Source: an uncultured Verrucomicrobiae bacterium (GTDB lineage: Bacteria > Verrucomicrobiota > Verrucomicrobiia > Limisphaerales > Palsa-1400). Taken from it: a stretch of DNA of 64,000 nt. Numbering within the stretch: position 1 is the first letter of the stretch; every line of letters starts with the position of its first letter. A program made the translations under genes and the position numbers. The notes beneath the pieces were generated by a model that saw only the letters and a list, made by a program, of their open reading frames with translations, was not told the DNA's origin and searched no databases. Shown in pieces: positions 60,176-64,000 of the stretch. The stretch is taken from assembly GCA_963702845.1 (NCBI GenBank), contig OY969763.1, positions 2,304,001-2,368,000 of the forward strand. Direction: 5' to 3'.

Positions 60176-60632
60176 AACGTTCGCTGCTGTCCTATTGACT
60201 TGTGTTGTCGCCGTCCTGGCCGGCTGCCGAACAATGAAACCGCTGCCGGCAGCAGATCTGAAGGAGCCGGGTTGGACAGTCCGGGAAGGACAGGCCGTTT
60301 GGAAACGCCAGGCGAACGCACCGGAAATTGCCGGTGAAATCCTCGTCGCCACACGCACGGATGGCCGAGCCTTTGTGCAATTCAGCAAAAATCCTTTTCC
60401 GCTGGTGATCGCCCAAAGCACTCCGAATGGCTGGCAGGTTGAGACCCCGACCGAGAATAAGTTTTATTCGGGACACGGCAAACCACCTGCCCGTTTGATT
60501 TTTCTCTACATCCCTCGTCTTCTCGCAGGTGACCCGGCCCCACCAGACTGGACCTACGAAAAACCCGACGACGGCTACAAACTCGAAAACCACAAAAACG
60601 GCGAATCGCTCGAGGTCTATTTTACACAATGA
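60165..60632 (+). CDS. Hypothetical lipoprotein
   Basis: Lipobox LAGC; overlaps both neighbours. Confidence 0.8.
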   Translation: MRTRTFAAVLLTCVVAVLAGCRTMKPLPAADLKEPGWTVREGQAVWKRQANAPEIAGEILVATRTDGRAFVQFSKNPFPLVIAQSTPNGWQVETPTENKFYSGHGKPPARLIFLYIPRLLAGDPAPPDWTYEKPDDGYKLENHKNGESLEVYFTQ

Positions 60633-63079
60633 AGCAACCTGCCCTGCAACACCCCGGGCGATGGTGGTGGCTGCTTCTGCTGATACCCATTGGCATCGGG
60701 CTGCTGCGTTTGCACATGGACGCTGAGGTGTTCGATTTGCTTCCCCCGAATTTGCGTTCGGTGCAAGGATTGCAGATTTATCAAAAACATTTTTCCAACG
60801 CGCGCGAATTAATCATCACCGTGCAGTCGGCCAATGCAGAAACGACCGAGACTGCCGCACGGACCATCGCGGAAACATTGCGACCGATGAGCAATGAAAT
60901 TGCGGGCGTCACGTGGCAGCCGCCATGGTTGGAACACCCCGAACAGATTTCAGAATTGGTCGCTTATCTGTGGTTCAATCAACCGCCAGCAATTTTCGCC
61001 GAACTGATCGACCGCCTTGCGCCTGGAAATCTTGTCCAAACATTACAGGATACGCGCGAACAACTGGCAACGTCGCTATCGCCCGAAGACATCGCCCGGT
61101 CGAGTTACGATCCATTTGGCATGACGCGGCTGCCTGAAAGCGCGGCTGGCGCGGCGCCGTCATTTATTCAAGGTGGCGAGGGCTTCAGTTCCCCTGACGG
61201 CACCTTCCGAATCGCGTTCGTTCAAGCTGCCATTGATTTGCAGAGCTACCCACAATGCGATCGCTGGCTGAAATTGGTTCAACCAGTGGTGGACTCAGCG
61301 GTTTCCAAGCTCAACGCCGGGCAAAGCACGCCCGTCAAAATCGGTTACACAGGCCGCCCGGTGTTTGTTACCGAAACGGCGGCGGGGATGAAACATGACA
61401 TCCTCACGTCAGTCGGTGGCACAGTGGCCGTGATTGCCATTCTGTTCTGGCTGGCCCACCGACGAATCAAACCGATGCTGTGGTTGCTCACGCTACTTGC
61501 ACTCATTCTCGGCGCGACGCTGGCGTTGGGAGGTCTAATTTTCGGAACGATCAACGCCATCAGCCTTGGTTTCGCCGCCATCTTGCTCGGACTTGCCGTT
61601 GACTACGCGGTCGTTCATTACCAGGAAGCACTCGCCCACCCTGCTCTTTCCATTGCGCAAATTCGTCACGCCATCGCCCCGGCAATTTTTTGGGCAGCCG
61701 TGACCACTATCAGCGCGTTCCTCGTTTTAAATTTTGGCGGGCTGCCTGGACTCGGCCAACTCGGGACATTGGTTGCGATTGGCGTTGCCTTGGCGGCGAG
61801 CATCATGATTTTTGAATATCTCCCGCCTCTATTTCCCGATCGCAAATATCCAAAACCGGACGCCGATGCACCCGAACTTACCACGACACCGCACACACCG
61901 GTTGCACCCGCAAAGAAACGTTTTGTATTTACGTTATCGGCAATCGTTCTGATGTTTGGATTCGGCGTGCTGTTTGCATTTGGTCCTCCGCAAATCGATG
62001 CGACCGCCAATGCGCTCCGACCACATGACAGCCCGGCCTATAATGCGCTCAACGATATCCAGAAAAAACTCAGCCAACATGAATCGCTCTGGTTGATTAT
62101 CAGCGGAGAAAACATCAAAGAAATTGGTGCGCGATTGGATCAGGTTCATACCGTTCTCGAACGTGCCGAGTCGAACAACATCGTCAGCAGTTCACTTTTA
62201 CCGGTGCAGCTTTGGCCGCGGCCCGAGAACCAGATCGCCAATCGCGCGAACGCACTAAAGCTATGCTCAGAAGGACCGCTGCTGCGCCAGGTCGCCCTGA
62301 CCAATGGCTTTGGCGAAAGTGCGCTGGGATTATCGGATCTGATGTTGCAGACGTGGTGCGGTGCCGCATCACAGACAAACGTCTATTGGCCGACGAACCC
62401 ACTTAGCCGTTGGATTTTCAACAAAATGACGGCACGAACCGCGACCAACCAATTCGCACTCGGTTTAGTTTATCTGTCATCTAACGCCACGCCCGCCGCC
62501 GTGTCCAACCTCCAATCCCAATTGCCCTCCGATAATGTGTGGCTCTCGAGCTGGGAACTATTGGGGGAAGAAATTTTTGCGCGCGTCAAAGCGAACATGT
62601 GGAAAGTTGTGGGGCCGATGATCGCGCTGGTTTTTTTATCGTTGTTCATGGCGTTTCATCGCACGCGCGAGATTTCACTTAGCCTGATTGTTCTATTAAT
62701 CAGCGGCGTTTGCCTGCTCGCCGTGATGCGTCTCGCTGGCTGGTCGTGGAATCTGCTGAACTTGATGGCCATTCCGTTGATTCTCGGAACAGGCGTCGAT
62801 TACAGCATCTTCATGCAACTGGCGTTGCGACGTTACGATGGCGACCTGGACCTTGCCAATCGCGCCGTTGGGCGAGCGCTGCTGTTGTGCGGTGGAACGG
62901 CAGTGGCAGCTTTTGCATCCCTTGGATTCTCGAGCAATGCCGGCATGGCGAGCCTGGGAGAAGTCTGCGCCGTCGGCATTGGTTGCAATATGCTCATCGC
63001 TATTTTCCTTTTACCCGTGTGGTGGCAGCAGATCCGTGGAAAAGAACATTTGCACAAACCAGGAACTGCTAAAAATTGA
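60629..63079 (+). CDS. MMPL/RND family exporter
   Basis: Two TM bundles with ILLGLAVDYAVV and LILGTGVDYSIF. Confidence 0.9.
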   Translation: MKQPALQHPGRWWWLLLLIPIGIGLLRLHMDAEVFDLLPPNLRSVQGLQIYQKHFSNARELIITVQSANAETTETAARTIAETLRPMSNEIAGVTWQPPWLEHPEQISELVAYLWFNQPPAIFAELIDRLAPGNLVQTLQDTREQLATSLSPEDIARSSYDPFGMTRLPESAAGAAPSFIQGGEGFSSPDGTFRIAFVQAAIDLQSYPQCDRWLKLVQPVVDSAVSKLNAGQSTPVKIGYTGRPVFVTETAAGMKHDILTSVGGTVAVIAILFWLAHRRIKPMLWLLTLLALILGATLALGGLIFGTINAISLGFAAILLGLAVDYAVVHYQEALAHPALSIAQIRHAIAPAIFWAAVTTISAFLVLNFGGLPGLGQLGTLVAIGVALAASIMIFEYLPPLFPDRKYPKPDADAPELTTTPHTPVAPAKKRFVFTLSAIVLMFGFGVLFAFGPPQIDATANALRPHDSPAYNALNDIQKKLSQHESLWLIISGENIKEIGARLDQVHTVLERAESNNIVSSSLLPVQLWPRPENQIANRANALKLCSEGPLLRQVALTNGFGESALGLSDLMLQTWCGAASQTNVYWPTNPLSRWIFNKMTARTATNQFALGLVYLSSNATPAAVSNLQSQLPSDNVWLSSWELLGEEIFARVKANMWKVVGPMIALVFLSLFMAFHRTREISLSLIVLLISGVCLLAVMRLAGWSWNLLNLMAIPLILGTGVDYSIFMQLALRRYDGDLDLANRAVGRALLLCGGTAVAAFASLGFSSNAGMASLGEVCAVGIGCNMLIAIFLLPVWWQQIRGKEHLHKPGTAKN

Positions 63080-63095
63080 TCAAGGAGCCAACAAC

Positions 63096-63785
63096 ATGAC
63101 GATGAAACAATTAACTCGATTCGGCTGTATTGCCGTTCTTTTAACCCTATTCAACTCCGTTGCCATGGCTGACGACCTCGCTCCAGCGGTCATTAAATGG
63201 CTGGATGCCCAAGCGAAGATTCACACCTGGACGGCAGACTTTACGCAAACGCGCAAACTGAAATCGTTGACTCAGCCACTCACCGCTCACGGTAAAGTCT
63301 GGTTCGCGGAGCCCAATAAATTCCGCTGGGAGCTCGGTGTTCCGGCGCAAACAATCGCTGTGCGCGCCCCAGAGGAGTTGCTCATTCTCTATCCGCACCT
63401 CAAACGCGTCGAACGCTTTCCCATGAGCGCACAGCAGGCAGGCCCGTGGCGTGATGCTCTGGCATTGCTCGAAGCTGGCTTTCCAAGGAGCCGCCCCGCC
63501 ATGGAAGCGCAGTACAATATCCTATCGCAACAATTTGAAGGACAGATTTGCCGACTGGTGCTCCAACCGAAGTCTGTTGCAGCGCGTCGCATGATGCCGC
63601 AGATCGAAGTCGATTTCGACACTGTGGAAAATCTGTTACGCGGCACTGAACTCCAGTTCGCCGACGGTTCAACAATGCGCAACGATTTTTCAAATATCGT
63701 GACGAACCCCAACATCGAGATGCAGATGTTTTCGCCGCCGATCCCGGCGAATTTCAAGGTCATCGAACCGATGAAGCACCGCTGA
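63096..63785 (+). CDS. LolA-like lipoprotein/lipid carrier
   Basis: Signal peptide, ADFTQTR, GKVWFAEPNKFRWE. Confidence 0.88.
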   Translation: MTMKQLTRFGCIAVLLTLFNSVAMADDLAPAVIKWLDAQAKIHTWTADFTQTRKLKSLTQPLTAHGKVWFAEPNKFRWELGVPAQTIAVRAPEELLILYPHLKRVERFPMSAQQAGPWRDALALLEAGFPRSRPAMEAQYNILSQQFEGQICRLVLQPKSVAARRMMPQIEVDFDTVENLLRGTELQFADGSTMRNDFSNIVTNPNIEMQMFSPPIPANFKVIEPMKHR

Positions 63786-63787
63786 CG

Positions 63788-64000
63788 CTAGCGCGCGCGT
63801 TCGCGCCAGCTGTTTGCTTCGCCTCGAATTTGCTTCAACGTGACTCCGCTTTGTCCGAGTGCGATAAAGCCGGCAATGGATAGCGGCAACGTCAGGACGA
63901 CAAAGGCGAGCAAAGAAAACCCCGTCGCGACAGGTTTTGCGACGTGAAACACTTCCAGACCGGCGATGCAAAACACCTGAAACACACCAACGCTCGCAGG
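63788..64000 (-). CDS. 3' end of a lysylphosphatidylglycerol-synthase TM / flippase-like protein (partial)
   Basis: PASVGVFQVFCIAGLEVF...LTLPLSIAGFIAL pattern; runs off the window. Confidence 0.6.
   Translation of the reverse strand, partial: PASVGVFQVFCIAGLEVFHVAKPVATGFSLLAFVVLTLPLSIAGFIALGQSGVTLKQIRGEANSWRERAR

Noticed and set aside
62838..63095. N-terminal extension of the LolA-like protein
   Set aside because: Overlaps MMPL; AAGGAG precedes ATG 63096 and a signal peptide follows.

Overview
Bacterial chromosomal window, most likely Verrucomicrobiota of the Pedosphaera/Limisphaerales type. This is inferred from the EPxYxG-type HEAT protein, a VPDSG-CTERM-like tail, Ig/Kelch proteins with a 'FYRL/FFRL' terminal domain and the style of intergenic repeats. 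It opens with the 3' end of a Mu-gp28-like terminase and an HK97-type portal gene that has no head genes after it. Next come hom-thrC-lysC, a CheB/CheR and PAS-kinase block whose distal 2.3 kb is heavily frameshifted, a CHASE2 hybrid kinase, an amino-sugar catabolic trio, envelope genes, a BldC/Xis-like regulator facing a MoxR-DUF58-transglutaminase operon, and signalling and secreted proteins. About 42-58 kb is an accessory patchwork with unexplained DNA-level structure: (i) a 21-bp-period array of CCTG-N4-CAG(G/T) palindromes in front of an Fn3-like gene, (ii) five different 10-11-bp-period repeat arrays at 49.6-50.2 kb, (iii) three copies of an attI-like leader each preceding one small gene, one with a truncated attC, (iv) two orphan terminase 3'-end stubs, (v) a duplicated 65-bp structured leader and (vi) a 55-aa signal-peptide plus VPDSG-CTERM-like mini-protein. 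The window ends with a GNAT/sulfotransferase-like/lipoprotein/MMPL/LolA operon. I saw no tRNA, rRNA, CRISPR array, integrase or transposase. All product calls come from motif recognition by eye; no searches were run.
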